DNA from: Chitinophagaceae bacterium
GTDB taxonomy: Bacteria; Bacteroidota; Bacteroidia; Chitinophagales; Chitinophagaceae
DNA length: 64,000 nucleotides
Assembly (NCBI GenBank): GCA_016719165.1
Contig: JADKAJ010000001.1
Location: 733,669 to 797,668, forward strand
Direction: 5' to 3'
Shown: in pieces, positions 17,714-28,745 of the stretch
How positions within the stretch are numbered: the stretch's first letter is position 1
Layout: each line of letters starts with the position of its first letter
Notes under the pieces: model-generated
Told to the model about the DNA's origin: nothing
The model's database searches: none
What the model saw: only the letters and a program-made list of their open reading frames with translations
Program-made: the position numbers and the translations under genes

Positions 17714-18651
17714 ACAAACTGTTCCAGTAACTCAATCCGTTTTTCAACCGATGGATGCGTGGCAAACATATTATCCCAGGATGCAGACTTGTGGGTAGAA
17801 GGTTTGGGATTATCAAAAAATAATTGTGCTACATCACGGCTTTCCACCGCTTCTATGGCAGGATCATTTGAAACTTTACGCAAGGCATTAGCCAATGCAT
17901 AGGGTTTCTTGGTAATTTCTGCCGCTCCTGCATCAGCTAAATATTCTCTTTTCCGGCTGATACCGAAACGTAATAAGATGGAGATGAAATAGGCAACGGC
18001 CGTAACAACAATGGCAATAAGAATGATAGCACCACTCCCTTTACTGTCTTTACTTCTTCTTCCCGATCCGGCAAACCGCAGGCTGCGAAATGCCAATTCA
18101 GCCAGGAAAGCAAATATGCCAACGAAAATGATAGAGATGATCAAAACCCTAACATCCCGGTTTTTGATATGGGTTAGCTCATGTGCAATAACACCCTCTA
18201 GTTCCTCATCATCCAGTTTATTAATAATACCCCTGGATAAAGAGATAGCATAGCTTTTTTTATCAATACCACTGGCAAAAGCATTTAGGGAATCATCTTC
18301 AATCAGGTAGATTTTAGGCGTTTGCATGCCTTGTGATATACAAAGATTCTCTACCAGGTTGTAGACCCTTTTATTTTCCATTCTTTCCAGCGGTTTGCTG
18401 CCGGTGGCCATTCGGATAAAAGCTGCATGGCCAGACCATGCAATGAGGAACCAGATGCCGGTAGCTGCTAAAACTACAGGCATGGATTGCAGGAATAGCT
18501 CATCAGGGTCTTCGCCATGTTCGTTCGTGGTAAAGAAAAGAATAGCATAAAGCATCCCCAGCAATAAAGCCGGGAATGCTATTAACAAGAGGGTTGAATT
18601 GAAATTATTTCGACGAATCTGCTTATCTAGTCCAACGTATTGCATCAGCAA
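17710..18651 (-). CDS. M48-family zinc metallopeptidase (HtpX-like)
   Basis: 313 aa with TM helices and the HELTHIKNRD (HExxH) motif. Its start abuts the lemA stop codon. Confidence 0.85.
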   Translation of the reverse strand: MLMQYVGLDKQIRRNNFNSTLLLIAFPALLLGMLYAILFFTTNEHGEDPDELFLQSMPVVLAATGIWFLIAWSGHAAFIRMATGSKPLERMENKRVYNLVENLCISQGMQTPKIYLIEDDSLNAFASGIDKKSYAISLSRGIINKLDDEELEGVIAHELTHIKNRDVRVLIISIIFVGIFAFLAELAFRSLRFAGSGRRSKDSKGSGAIILIAIVVTAVAYFISILLRFGISRKREYLADAGAAEITKKPYALANALRKVSNDPAIEAVESRDVAQLFFDNPKPSTHKSASWDNMFATHPSVEKRIELLEQFV

Positions 18652-19212
18652 TTAAAATTGAATTTTCGGAGGCTCATCCATTTGTTTGCGGGTATCTGTA
18701 CCCAGGTCGAACAGGATCTCCCGGTTGAAACCAAAATTCCTTGCGATCAGGTTGCTTGGGAAAGATTCCACCGCATTGTTATACTCTGTGGTGGCTGCAT
18801 TAAAGAACCGGCGGCTGGCAGCCAGCTTATTTTCAATATCACTAAGTTCTTCCTGCAGTTGTAAAAAATTTTGATTGGCTTTCAGATCAGGATATGCTTC
18901 TACCTGCACTTTTAAACCCTGCAAAGCTGCGGAGAGTTGTTGTTCTGCAACGATCTTCCCGTCAATACTGGTGGCGTTCATTGCAGCAGTCCGGGCTTCT
19001 GTAATTTTAAGCAACAGATCCTTTTCATGCGTGGCATATCCTTTTACGGTATCTACCAATTGCGGGATAAGGTCATGCCGCTGGCGAAGCTGCACGTCAA
19101 TATCGGCAAAAGCATTTTGGCGACGGTTGCGGAGACGAACCAGTCCGTTATACAAGCTGATAACCCAAATAACGATCAGGACGATAATACCGACTACAAT
19201 TAATACTGGCAT
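18652..19212 (-). CDS. lemA: LemA family protein
   Basis: N-terminal TM segment (MPVLIVVGIIVLIVIWVISLYNGLV) and the typical LemA core (…RRQNAFADIDVQLRQRHDLIPQLV…YNNAVESFPSNLIA..FGF). Confidence 0.85.
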   Translation of the reverse strand: MPVLIVVGIIVLIVIWVISLYNGLVRLRNRRQNAFADIDVQLRQRHDLIPQLVDTVKGYATHEKDLLLKITEARTAAMNATSIDGKIVAEQQLSAALQGLKVQVEAYPDLKANQNFLQLQEELSDIENKLAASRRFFNAATTEYNNAVESFPSNLIARNFGFNREILFDLGTDTRKQMDEPPKIQF

Positions 19213-19323
19213 AGTTGTGTTTTTAGAGATATTGAAATTACACAAAAAGAAACTGACAGATCATGATTTGGAATAAAATTCCTGTTACATTTCTTCTTAT
19301 CTTTCGAATTCATTTTCTTGCCT

Positions 19324-21768
19324 ATGCGTATTGTACCTTTTGCTGTTTCAGCAGTTGTTTCCGCCGGATTAATTTTTGCCCTTAACAAACAATGGGGTAC
19401 CATCCCGCCGATGGGAAAGTTCTTAAGTCCTCAACATGGTTTCTGGCAGAATGCAGAACCCGCCGGCCAAAGTTTTGATGCGGAGTTAAATTTTCCTGAG
19501 CTCAAAGGAAAGGCAGAGGTTTATTTTGATGAGCGATTAGTGCCGCATGTCTTCGCCGAGAACGATGAAGACCTTTATTTTATACAAGGTTACCTGCATG
19601 CTAAATTCAGGTTATTTCAGATAGACCTGCAAACAAAAGCTGCTGCTGGCCGTGCCAGTGAAATTGCCGGGGAAAAAGCCGTGAATTATGACAAACAGCA
19701 ACGGCGGTTGGGTATGGTTTATGCTGCAGAAAATGCAATGCTTGAAATTGAAAAAGATCCGACTGCCAGGAAAATATTTGATGCGTATACAAATGGGATC
19801 AATGCTTACATTATCAATCTGAAGGAATCAGAATTGCCCATAGAGTATAAACTGCTCAATTTTAAACCGGAAAAATGGAGCAACCTGCGTTCTGCATTGT
19901 TATTAAAAATGATGGCAAAGGACCTTTCTTCAGGAACAGAAAATGACCTGGCTAATACCAATGCGAAATCTATCTTTTTGCCGGAGGAGTTGAAAATGTT
20001 GTATCCCCAGGTGCCTGATTCCCTGGTGCCGATTATCCCCAAAGGAACTGTATTTGATGCACCCGGTATTATTCCTGTACAACCTGCTACAGCAGATTCA
20101 TTATACTTTGGGAAAAAGGATACCGTTACTGCAAATGAAATTGCAAAGCCGGATATTAATAATGGCAGTAATAACTGGGTAGTGGCCGGCAGTAAGACCG
20201 CCAGTGGTGCGCCAATACTTTGTAACGATCCGCACCTTGAATTGTCATTACCTTCTATCTGGTACGAAATGCAGTTGCAAACACCTGGTAGTAACGCATA
20301 TGGCGTTTCCCTTCCCGGTGCACCTTTTGTTATCATAGGGTTCAATGACAGTATTGCCTGGGGAGTTACCAATGCACAACGGGATGTAAAAGATTATTAT
20401 GAAATAAAATTCAGAGACGAAACAAAACAGGAGTACTGGTTTAATGGCAAATGGGAGAAAACAATCCAGAAACCGGAACTAATAAAAGTAAAGGGTGGGA
20501 AAGATGTATTGGATACTGTAGCTTATACCCTGTTCGGTCCTGTAATGTTTGATGAAAGTTTTTCCAACGATTTCTCTAATAAAAGAAACCTGGCAGTACG
20601 TTGGGTGGCGCATGATCCGAGCAATGAAGGGATGACATTCTATAAATTGAACAGGGCCGCAAATTATGATGATTATACAGAAGCGATCAGGACATTCCAG
20701 TGCCCGGGACAGAATTTCATATTTGCATCCAAAACAGGTGACATAGCTATCTGGCAGCAGGGAAAATTTCCGGCAAGATGGAACCGCCAGGGCTTGTATA
20801 TAATGCCGGGAGAGGATAGCAGTTATATGTGGCAGGGGTTTATTCCACAACCTGAAAACCCGCATGCAAAAAATCCTGAAAGAGGATTTTTGGAAAGTGC
20901 CAATCAGCGCCCGGTTGATTCAACATATCCTTATTTTATTCCGGGAAGTTATATCACACCAAGGGCGATTACAATTGAAAATAAGTTGGCTGCTATGTCG
21001 GGCATTACCCCAAAGGATATGATGGCCTTACACGGTAATTATTTTAACACACTGGCTGAAGATGTGAGAAGCACATTAGTGCAGTATGTGAATGAAACAG
21101 TGCTGAATGCAACAGAGAAAAAATACCTGGCTATAATTAAAAACTGGGATCTGATGGCTTCTCCTGATTCAAAAGGACAAACTGTCTACCAATGCTGGTG
21201 GGACAGTCTCGAAGTGGAAATATGGAAAGATGACCTGGCGAGAGTATCACCACAGGCACCATGGCCAGAGGAGCAAACCACTATGGAGTTATTAAAAAAA
21301 GACTCGGCTCTGCAATTTATTGATAACATTAATACGCCACAGAAAGAAACGCTTTATGATGCAGTGACCACTGCTTTGAAGAAAGCGTCAGCCGATCTTG
21401 CCACAAAAGAAGCAGAAGGGAAGCTGGAATGGACAAAGTTCAAAAACCCTACCGTATACCATCTGTTAAAAGATGCGTTGCCTGCATTTGCAAGGAAAGG
21501 GCTAAATGTAGGTGGTAACGGTAATATAGTAAATGCCGTTACGCATAGCCATGGTCCAAGCTGGAGAATGATCGTACATCTTACGAATCAAACAGAAGCT
21601 TATGGCGTTTACCCCGGAGGGCAAAGCGGAAATCCCGGCAGCCGGTTTTATGATGATTATATTGATAAATGGGTGGCTGGTGAATACAATAAACTCTGGT
21701 TTATGCGGGAAGGGGACAAGACAGATAAAAATGTAAAATGGGTAATGAAATTCGGAAACAGCAACTAA
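19324..21768 (+). CDS. Penicillin acylase-family Ntn hydrolase (S45)
   Basis: About 815 aa. The predicted autoprocessing site and nucleophile lie in …DINNG|SNNWVVAGSKTASGAPILCNDPHL. Confidence 0.85.
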   Translation: MRIVPFAVSAVVSAGLIFALNKQWGTIPPMGKFLSPQHGFWQNAEPAGQSFDAELNFPELKGKAEVYFDERLVPHVFAENDEDLYFIQGYLHAKFRLFQIDLQTKAAAGRASEIAGEKAVNYDKQQRRLGMVYAAENAMLEIEKDPTARKIFDAYTNGINAYIINLKESELPIEYKLLNFKPEKWSNLRSALLLKMMAKDLSSGTENDLANTNAKSIFLPEELKMLYPQVPDSLVPIIPKGTVFDAPGIIPVQPATADSLYFGKKDTVTANEIAKPDINNGSNNWVVAGSKTASGAPILCNDPHLELSLPSIWYEMQLQTPGSNAYGVSLPGAPFVIIGFNDSIAWGVTNAQRDVKDYYEIKFRDETKQEYWFNGKWEKTIQKPELIKVKGGKDVLDTVAYTLFGPVMFDESFSNDFSNKRNLAVRWVAHDPSNEGMTFYKLNRAANYDDYTEAIRTFQCPGQNFIFASKTGDIAIWQQGKFPARWNRQGLYIMPGEDSSYMWQGFIPQPENPHAKNPERGFLESANQRPVDSTYPYFIPGSYITPRAITIENKLAAMSGITPKDMMALHGNYFNTLAEDVRSTLVQYVNETVLNATEKKYLAIIKNWDLMASPDSKGQTVYQCWWDSLEVEIWKDDLARVSPQAPWPEEQTTMELLKKDSALQFIDNINTPQKETLYDAVTTALKKASADLATKEAEGKLEWTKFKNPTVYHLLKDALPAFARKGLNVGGNGNIVNAVTHSHGPSWRMIVHLTNQTEAYGVYPGGQSGNPGSRFYDDYIDKWVAGEYNKLWFMREGDKTDKNVKWVMKFGNSN

Positions 21769-21786
21769 TCCTATAACCTCATATTT

Positions 21787-22143
21787 ATGAAATTCATAAC
21801 TGCGATAATATTAACTGCATTACTGGCTTTTATTTCAGGGCTATTATCTTTTTCACCCTGGTGGGGTTTTGCTGTTACTTCATTATTTGTGGCATTATTG
21901 GTTCATCAAAAAGCGGGAAAAGCTTTCCTGGCCGGGTTTCTTGGATTATTCCTGTTATGGGGTGGCCTGGCCTGGTGGATCGATATGAAAAATAATGGAG
22001 TCCTTTCACAAAAAATTGCATCGGTACTCCCTTTGGGTGGTAATTCAATATTACTGATTGTGGTTACAGGAGTTGCAGGTGGATTGGTGGCCGGTTTCGC
22101 AGCGATGAGTGGCAGTTACCTTCGTTCTTCAGCAAAAGACTGA
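21787..22143 (+). CDS. Small integral membrane protein, hypothetical
   Basis: 118 aa with 4 predicted TM helices. Confidence 0.6.
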   Translation: MKFITAIILTALLAFISGLLSFSPWWGFAVTSLFVALLVHQKAGKAFLAGFLGLFLLWGGLAWWIDMKNNGVLSQKIASVLPLGGNSILLIVVTGVAGGLVAGFAAMSGSYLRSSAKD

Positions 22144-22218
22144 TGTTAAAGCTTTTCTAACAGTAGTAATTACATTGGTAAAGAAATTTACTGCATCTAT
22201 CTTGTGGATAATTGAATT

Positions 22219-24699
22219 ATGAGGTATATTTTTTTAACTTTTTCCCTTTGTTTTTTTATTTCGTATTTACATGCTGGTAAGATAGCCGGTATCATTACAG
22301 ATACAGAAGGGAAAATATTGCCCTTTGCCTCTGTGTTCATAAAAGGAACTAACAAAGGAACCAATGCCAATAGTGAAGGCCGCTATTCCATCACACTTGC
22401 TCCGGGACAATACACATTGGTTTGCCAATATGTGGGATACAAAAAGGAAGAAAAAAATATAATAGTTGGTCCGGATGATCTGAAAGTTGATTTCAAACTT
22501 ACATTGCAGGAAATGATGCTGGGAGAGGTGATACTGAAGAATGGTGAAGATCCGGCCTATGAAATTATACGACAGGCAATAAAGAAAAGAAAGTATCACC
22601 AGGGACAATTGGACAAGTTTCAATGTGAAGTTTATACCAAAGGACAATTGCGGGTAAGGAGTTATCCGAAAAAATTGTTTGGTCAGAAAGTAGACTTTGA
22701 AGATGGAGACACCAGCAAACAAAAGATGCTGTACCTGTCTGAAACGGTCTCTAATTATTATGCTGACAAGCCCAATAAAGAAAAAGTGGAAGTGATCTCC
22801 TCCAAAGTAAGTGGTCAGAGTGATGGGTTGGGACTCGCCGCACCTCGTTTTTTCTCTTTGTATGATAATAATATTTCTATTGGCAGCAATCTCAACCCGA
22901 GGGGGTTCATTTCTCCAATCTCAGATAATGCACTGAATTATTACAGGTATAAACTGGAAGGTACTTTTTATGAGGATGGAAAACAGGTTAGTCGAATAAA
23001 AATAGTACCCAAAAGAAAGTTTGAGCCTTTGTTTAGTGGTTATTTAAGCATCGTGGAAGATGATTGGTTGATCCACTCTGCAGATTTAGTTCTCACAAAA
23101 CAATCGCAGATGGAACAACTGGATACATTGAGACTGGTTCAGTTATTCCGACCGGTTAGTCGGGGAAACTGGTTTATTGCAAGCCAGGTAATTTATCCCG
23201 CCGTTAAAATTTTGGGATTTGATGCGTACGGTAGTTTTATAAATATCTATTCCAACGTCAATACCAATCCTGAATTCAGCAAAAAGATCTTTGACAACAC
23301 AATCTTAAAGTATACCGATAGTTCCAGTAAAAAAACAGTTGATTATTGGGAAAAGACAAGACCAGTGCCGTTGATGCAGGATGAATTAATAGATTATAAG
23401 CGAAAGGATAGCCTTGAAATAGTCCGGAAGGATCCCCGGTATTTGGATTCTATAAGTAAGGTCCGTAATAAAGTAACCGTAATGAATGTGTTATTATTAG
23501 GGCAGACTTTTCAATCACAACGAAAGCGAACTACATTAACCTTTATTCCTCTTTTTGAACTGGTGAATTTCAACGCAGCGGAGGGTTTGGTGATTAATCC
23601 TGCTTTTACATGGAGCAAGCGGCTTGATACAATTACTTATAGCCGCCGGAGTATATCCATTTCGCCTTCCTTGCGGTATGGATTTGCAAACGGCCATTTC
23701 AATGGACATGCCACCTTCCGGTATAATTATGGCAAACAATATGCAAACAACATCAGCTTATCCGGGGGGAAAAGAGTTTTCCAGTTTAACAACAACAGCC
23801 CGATAGGAGAACGGGGAAATACACTTTCCAGTTTGCTAAGTGAGGAAAACAGGATCAAGAGCTATGAGGCCGTTTATTTGCGTGGCAGTTATCGGATAAG
23901 TTTAGGGCAGGGATTTTTAATAACAGCCGGTTTTCAGTACCAGGTCAGAAGACCACTTGAAAACAGAACAAATTATACATGGCGTGACAGAGCAGATAAA
24001 GAGTATACTCCCAATTATCCCAATGAAATAGTGAATGAGAATATCAGTCCACATAAGGTTTTCTACAGTTTGTTAGGGATTAACTGGCAACCCGGCGCCC
24101 GTTATATCGAATTACCGGATCGTAAAATTAATATTGGTTCAAAATACCCCGTTTTCTCTCTTCAATATATCCGGAGCTTTGATGGATTCCTGGGCAGTGA
24201 TGCTGATTTCAGCAAATGGCGGTTTTCCGTATCTGATAATATCAATTTGAAACTTCGCGGATTGTTCCGTTACAGATTAGGTATGGGTGGTTTTATTGAT
24301 AATGATAAAGTACAACTGCCGGATTACAATCACTTCAATGGAAATATTTCCACTTTTGCAACAGAATATCTCAATAGTTTTCAACTGCTGCCGATTTACC
24401 AATACAGTAATACTTCTGAATTCTATTCGCTGGCCCATCTTGAATATAATCTAAAAGGATTTTTAACGAATAAAATTCCCGTTTTCAGGAGGTTGAATTT
24501 TTACCTGGTAACAGGTGCCAATGGTTTTTATATTAATGGGGATAAGAACTACTATGAGTGGTTTGTTGGGTTTGATAATATATTTAAACAAATACGGATT
24601 GACTTTGTACAATCATACCAGAATGGCAGGCAATGGCAAAATGGATTCCGGGTTGGGTTAAGCCGGTTTAGGGGGCAGCGGGGAGATGATTGGCCCTGA
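22219..24699 (+). CDS. CarboxypepD_reg-like plus DUF5686-type outer-membrane protein
   Basis: 826 aa with a signal peptide and an N-terminal carboxypeptidase-regulatory-like fold (GIITDTEGKILPFASVFIKGTNKGTNANSEGRYSITLAPGQYTLVCQYVGYK). The remainder is long and beta-rich. Confidence 0.75.
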   Translation: MRYIFLTFSLCFFISYLHAGKIAGIITDTEGKILPFASVFIKGTNKGTNANSEGRYSITLAPGQYTLVCQYVGYKKEEKNIIVGPDDLKVDFKLTLQEMMLGEVILKNGEDPAYEIIRQAIKKRKYHQGQLDKFQCEVYTKGQLRVRSYPKKLFGQKVDFEDGDTSKQKMLYLSETVSNYYADKPNKEKVEVISSKVSGQSDGLGLAAPRFFSLYDNNISIGSNLNPRGFISPISDNALNYYRYKLEGTFYEDGKQVSRIKIVPKRKFEPLFSGYLSIVEDDWLIHSADLVLTKQSQMEQLDTLRLVQLFRPVSRGNWFIASQVIYPAVKILGFDAYGSFINIYSNVNTNPEFSKKIFDNTILKYTDSSSKKTVDYWEKTRPVPLMQDELIDYKRKDSLEIVRKDPRYLDSISKVRNKVTVMNVLLLGQTFQSQRKRTTLTFIPLFELVNFNAAEGLVINPAFTWSKRLDTITYSRRSISISPSLRYGFANGHFNGHATFRYNYGKQYANNISLSGGKRVFQFNNNSPIGERGNTLSSLLSEENRIKSYEAVYLRGSYRISLGQGFLITAGFQYQVRRPLENRTNYTWRDRADKEYTPNYPNEIVNENISPHKVFYSLLGINWQPGARYIELPDRKINIGSKYPVFSLQYIRSFDGFLGSDADFSKWRFSVSDNINLKLRGLFRYRLGMGGFIDNDKVQLPDYNHFNGNISTFATEYLNSFQLLPIYQYSNTSEFYSLAHLEYNLKGFLTNKIPVFRRLNFYLVTGANGFYINGDKNYYEWFVGFDNIFKQIRIDFVQSYQNGRQWQNGFRVGLSRFRGQRGDDWP

Positions 24700-24800
24700 T
24701 GTTTTAGTATCAAATCTGAAGGGGATTTTTTAACCCATATATTCCGGGGGGATCGTAATTGATATTTTCTTTATCACTTTTACATGTTACGCTCCTGGCT

Positions 24801-24808
24801 TATCTTTG
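24801..24808 (+). promoter_or_regulatory. -7 promoter box (TATCTTTG) upstream of trhO
   Basis: TAnnTTTG match about 70 nt upstream of the ATG at 24877. Confidence 0.45.
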
Positions 24809-24876
24809 CACTGCTTTAAGAATTTTGCCCAACCTGCAATTGGGATTCTGCAAGCACAGGATTAAAATTCATACAG

Positions 24877-25908
24877 ATGGCACAGTTACATAACCGTATC
24901 TCCCGCAGGGAGCTGAAGGATCGTATACTCAACGACCCTACACCAAGGACCACCATTTCCTTTTATTGCTATTTTAAGATTGATGACCCAGCCGTTTTCA
25001 GAAATATACTGTACAAAGACCTGAAGGAAATTGGCGTCTTGGGGCGGATCTATGTGGCAAATGAAGGTATCAATGCACAAATTAGTGTACCAGCGGAAAA
25101 CGTTGATAGATTTAAAGCTTACCTGTATTCAATGGAACCTTTAAATGGTTTGCGTTTGAATATTGCAGTAGATGATGATGGTAAATCTTTTTTTGTATTA
25201 GATGTAAAAGTGAGAAAAAAAATTGTTGCTGATGGAATTGAAGACCCTGCTTTTGATATGGCCAATAAGGGGAAATATGTCAATGCAGAACAATTCAATC
25301 AACTTACGGAAGACCCGGATACGGTGGTGATAGATATGCGTAACTATTACGAGTATGAAGTGGGTCATTTTCAAAATGCTATTGAAGTGCCTTCTGATAC
25401 TTTCAGGGAACAGTTACCAATGGCGGTTGACATGATGAAAGATAAAAAAGGTGCCAATATAATCATGTATTGTACCGGAGGTATCCGGTGCGAGAAGGCC
25501 TCTGCTTATATGCTCCACCAGGGATTTAAAAATGTCTTTCACCTGGAAGGAGGTATCATTAACTATGCCCGTCAAATAAAGGAGAAAGGCCTCAAAAGTA
25601 AGTTCATTGGAAAGAATTTTGTTTTTGATGAAAGGCTGGGAGAGAAGATTACGGATGATATCATTGCTCATTGCCATCAATGTGGTAAGCCGGCTGACAC
25701 ACATACTAATTGTAAGAATGATGGTTGTCACCTGCTTTTTATTCAATGTGAGGATTGTGCGAAAACTTATGAGGGCTGTTGTAGCCCGGAATGCCAGGAA
25801 ACTTTACATCTTCCGGCAGAAAGAAGAAAAGAACTTAGAAAGGGAATTGATAAAGGACAGAATATTTTTAATAAATCAAGAGAACGGGTTCGCCCAAAAA
25901 TTAAATAA
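24877..25908 (+). CDS. trhO: Rhodanese-related sulfurtransferase (UPF0176/YceA; tRNA uridine(34) hydroxylase TrhO)
   Basis: 343 aa with the rhodanese active-site loop [12 protein letters not shown] and a Cys-rich C-terminus (CHQCGK…CKNDGC…CEDC). Confidence 0.85.
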   Translation: MAQLHNRISRRELKDRILNDPTPRTTISFYCYFKIDDPAVFRNILYKDLKEIGVLGRIYVANEGINAQISVPAENVDRFKAYLYSMEPLNGLRLNIAVDDDGKSFFVLDVKVRKKIVADGIEDPAFDMANKGKYVNAEQFNQLTEDPDTVVIDMRNYYEYEVGHFQNAIEVPSDTFREQLPMAVDMMKDKKGANIIMYCTGGIRCEKASAYMLHQGFKNVFHLEGGIINYARQIKEKGLKSKFIGKNFVFDERLGEKITDDIIAHCHQCGKPADTHTNCKNDGCHLLFIQCEDCAKTYEGCCSPECQETLHLPAERRKELRKGIDKGQNIFNKSRERVRPKIK

Positions 25909-25925
25909 GCCAGATTCTGCCACAT

Positions 25926-27047
25926 TTACCTGGCAGCAGAGATCCATTTGATGCAAACAGGTTTACCAACAGCGATCCTTTTGCCGCTATCCGATAATAA
26001 GCCTGATGTTGCGTCTCTTTTGAAAATTACAATTTCATCGCTATGCTGGTTACCTACCAATAAAAAACTTCCGGAAGGATCAAAATTGAAATTGCGGGGT
26101 CCTTTGCCAAGTGTTGATTGATGACCAATTAAAGAAAGTTTCCCTTTTTTGTTAACTGAATAGATGGCGATAGTATTTGCGTTACTGCGGTTAGTAGCAT
26201 ACAGAAATTTTCCGTCGGGAGAAACATGTATATCAGCACTTCCTGCAAAACTGGTATCACCGGACGGCATAGTACTTAAACGTTGAATTGTATTCAGCTT
26301 TCCTTTTTTGTATTTATAGGTTACAACTGTGCCACTGAGTTCTTCAATCAGGTAAGCATATTTATTGTTTGGATGAAAAGTGAAGTGCCTGGGGCCGGAA
26401 CCTGGTTCCGATACTGCATAAGCCTGGTCGCCAGCAGTTAGTTGTCCACTGTTTGCATCAAATCTATAGATCATTATTTTATCGATACCAAGGTCAGGTG
26501 CAAAAAGCCAATTATTATCCGGTGAGATTACTGTACTGTGTACATGCGGGCTTTTTTGGCGTTGAAAATTCTTACCCGAACCACTGTGCTGAATTGTTGA
26601 AATGGCTGCGGATAGCCCACCATCAGTGTTAACGGGAAAAACAGCAAGGTTGCCGCTGCTGTAATTGCCGGCGAAAACCCATTTTCCGGTTTTGTCAGTT
26701 TCAACATAACAAGGATGGTCACCTCCGGATAGTTGTTTGTTAATAAATCTAAGCTGCCCGGTTTGCCGATCAAATGAATAAGCGGCCACTTCACCGCCAT
26801 TGCCATCCTTACTATTCTCAAATACGGCATATACAAATTTTTCATCCGGGGATATGGCAACGAATGACGGATTGGAAGATTTTATATGACTGACTTTTTC
26901 CGCATTGCCAGTACTGCTATTGAATGTATATATATAGATACCTTCACTTTCTGGTGAATCATATGTCCCTACAACCAGGTAATGTTCCTGTGCTGGTGAC
27001 TGCAGATAAAAATAAGCAAAGCACAAAAGTGTCAGGAAATATTTCAT
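25926..27047 (-). CDS. Lactonase-family 7-bladed beta-propeller protein (6-phosphogluconolactonase-like), secreted
   Basis: 373 aa with a signal peptide and repeated …P(S/R)…SPDGKF[LV]Y…N… blades. Confidence 0.8.
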   Translation of the reverse strand: MKYFLTLLCFAYFYLQSPAQEHYLVVGTYDSPESEGIYIYTFNSSTGNAEKVSHIKSSNPSFVAISPDEKFVYAVFENSKDGNGGEVAAYSFDRQTGQLRFINKQLSGGDHPCYVETDKTGKWVFAGNYSSGNLAVFPVNTDGGLSAAISTIQHSGSGKNFQRQKSPHVHSTVISPDNNWLFAPDLGIDKIMIYRFDANSGQLTAGDQAYAVSEPGSGPRHFTFHPNNKYAYLIEELSGTVVTYKYKKGKLNTIQRLSTMPSGDTSFAGSADIHVSPDGKFLYATNRSNANTIAIYSVNKKGKLSLIGHQSTLGKGPRNFNFDPSGSFLLVGNQHSDEIVIFKRDATSGLLSDSGKRIAVGKPVCIKWISAAR

Positions 27048-27184
27048 TTTTAGTTTTTATTAAGAAGTGAATTTCCTTCTTTCATTTCATTTTAACAAAC
27101 GCTTATATATCCTTTTTGATTCTGGCACAGTCTTATTATAGTATAAAGTGGCAACAACAATCTTTAAACTTTAAATCAAAAGCC

Positions 27185-27604
27185 ATGAAAAGAATTTTTA
27201 CACTCTCTGTTTCGGTACTATTAACAGCTGTTTTTTTGAGCAGTTGTGTAAGGGAATCATTACCTCATAATAATGAAAATTACTGGCTCTCCAAAGAAAT
27301 GGGTGAGGTCGTTTACAGCGATTCCTATTGTAATTATTATGTAGTGGAGACTTATGATGGTTTTACTATTATCAGGTCTTACGGCGGTTATAAGCCTTAT
27401 GAAGGAAGTATCGTATATGGAAATTTCAGCAGTCCCGGGACGAAGGATATGTACAACCGGTCTTCCGGGATCGTATTTACAGGAACAGTTACAGATTACT
27501 GGCTGAGCTATACGGATGCACAATATGCACTGGATTATTATTGCCCGTTATATGGGAAAAATCAGGTAAGAGAATTTAAAAAATCAACAGTCATAAAAAA
27601 ATAA
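27185..27604 (+). CDS. Hypothetical lipoprotein
   Basis: MKRIFTLSVSVLLTAVFLSSC lipobox. The in-frame upstream extension from 27116 is unlikely to be translated. Confidence 0.55.
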   Translation: MKRIFTLSVSVLLTAVFLSSCVRESLPHNNENYWLSKEMGEVVYSDSYCNYYVVETYDGFTIIRSYGGYKPYEGSIVYGNFSSPGTKDMYNRSSGIVFTGTVTDYWLSYTDAQYALDYYCPLYGKNQVREFKKSTVIKK

Positions 27605-27630
27605 TGCTTGTCGGTGATAAGCACGGGACG

Positions 27631-27677
27631 GGAAAGGGAAATGGGAATAATGATTCCTGTTTCCCTTTATTTATTTA
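27631..27677 (+). terminator. Hairpin plus T-rich tract between convergent genes
   Basis: AAAGGGAAA…TTTCCCTTT with an inner GGAAT/ATTCC pairing, followed by TTTATTTATTT. It overlaps the purC stop codon. Confidence 0.45.
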
Positions 27678-28596
27678 GTGCTGTTATTGAAGATACTACC
27701 CGGGTATATATTTCTTCATCGGTTAATTTTTCGGGTATAAATGCTGCGCCAATCACTTTTTCATACAGTTCAATATATCGTTTGGAGATAGTATTCACCC
27801 ATTCATCGCTCATCTCAGGAACTGTTTGACCTTGTTTGCCCATAAAATTGTTGGCAATCAGCCACTCTCTCACAAACTCTTTACTGAGTTGTTTTTGCCG
27901 CTCATATTTTGCCTGTCTTTCTTCAAAACCATCAGCATAAAAATATCTTGAGCTGTCGGGGGTATGGATTTCGTCCATCAGGTAAATGCTGTCACCGATT
28001 TTGCCAAATTCATATTTGGTATCTACCAGTATCAACCCTTGCTTGGCTGCGATCTTTTTCCCCCTTTCAAAAAGTCTCAAAGCATACTCACTTAATATTT
28101 CCCATTCTCCTGGTGTTGCTAACCCGGTTTTAATGATTTCTTCAGGGGAGATATCTTCATCATGCCCCTCTGCTGCTTTTGTGCTGGGAGTAATAATGGG
28201 GCTTGGGAAGTAATCATTTTCCTGCATGCCGTCCGGCATGGAAGCTCCGCAAAGATCCCGTTTTCCCGATGTATAGGTTCTCCAGGCATGCCCGGTTAGG
28301 TTTCCCCTTACTACCATTTCAATTTTGAAGGGCTTGCATTTTTGGCCAATTGAAACAGTAGGGGCGGGCACATCTACCAGCCAATTGGGACAAATATCCC
28401 GGGTGGCATTCAGCATGTAAGCAGCAATTTGATTCAGCACTTGTCCTTTATAGGGAATCGGGCGGGGTAGAATAACATCGAAAGCGGATATACGGTCGGA
28501 TGCCACCATTACCAGCCATTGGTTGGCAATGCTATAAACATCACGAACCTTGCCCTTATAAAATGCCGTTTGATTTGGGAATGAAAAAACTGCCAT
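27667..28596 (-). CDS. purC: Phosphoribosylaminoimidazole-succinocarboxamide synthase
   Basis: 309 aa with …YKGKVRDVY……DRISAFD… and …[11 protein letters not shown]… SAICAR synthetase signatures. Confidence 0.9.
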   Translation of the reverse strand: MAVFSFPNQTAFYKGKVRDVYSIANQWLVMVASDRISAFDVILPRPIPYKGQVLNQIAAYMLNATRDICPNWLVDVPAPTVSIGQKCKPFKIEMVVRGNLTGHAWRTYTSGKRDLCGASMPDGMQENDYFPSPIITPSTKAAEGHDEDISPEEIIKTGLATPGEWEILSEYALRLFERGKKIAAKQGLILVDTKYEFGKIGDSIYLMDEIHTPDSSRYFYADGFEERQAKYERQKQLSKEFVREWLIANNFMGKQGQTVPEMSDEWVNTISKRYIELYEKVIGAAFIPEKLTDEEIYTRVVSSITALNK

Positions 28597-28745
28597 TTTT
28601 CGAAAGTAAGCTGCCCTTAAAAACCAACCAATCCGGAGTCCCCGAAGATTTCAACAATTTATCCTTTCCCCTTAAAAATTAAATTTTTAGATAAACTTTA
28701 CAATGCTTATTTTTCCGTCAAATTCCAAAACCAAAATTCCCTATT

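Noticed and set aside
19806-20372. 188-aa minus-strand ORF
   Set aside because: It is antisense to the penicillin-acylase-family gene, whose catalytic SNNW site falls in this interval.
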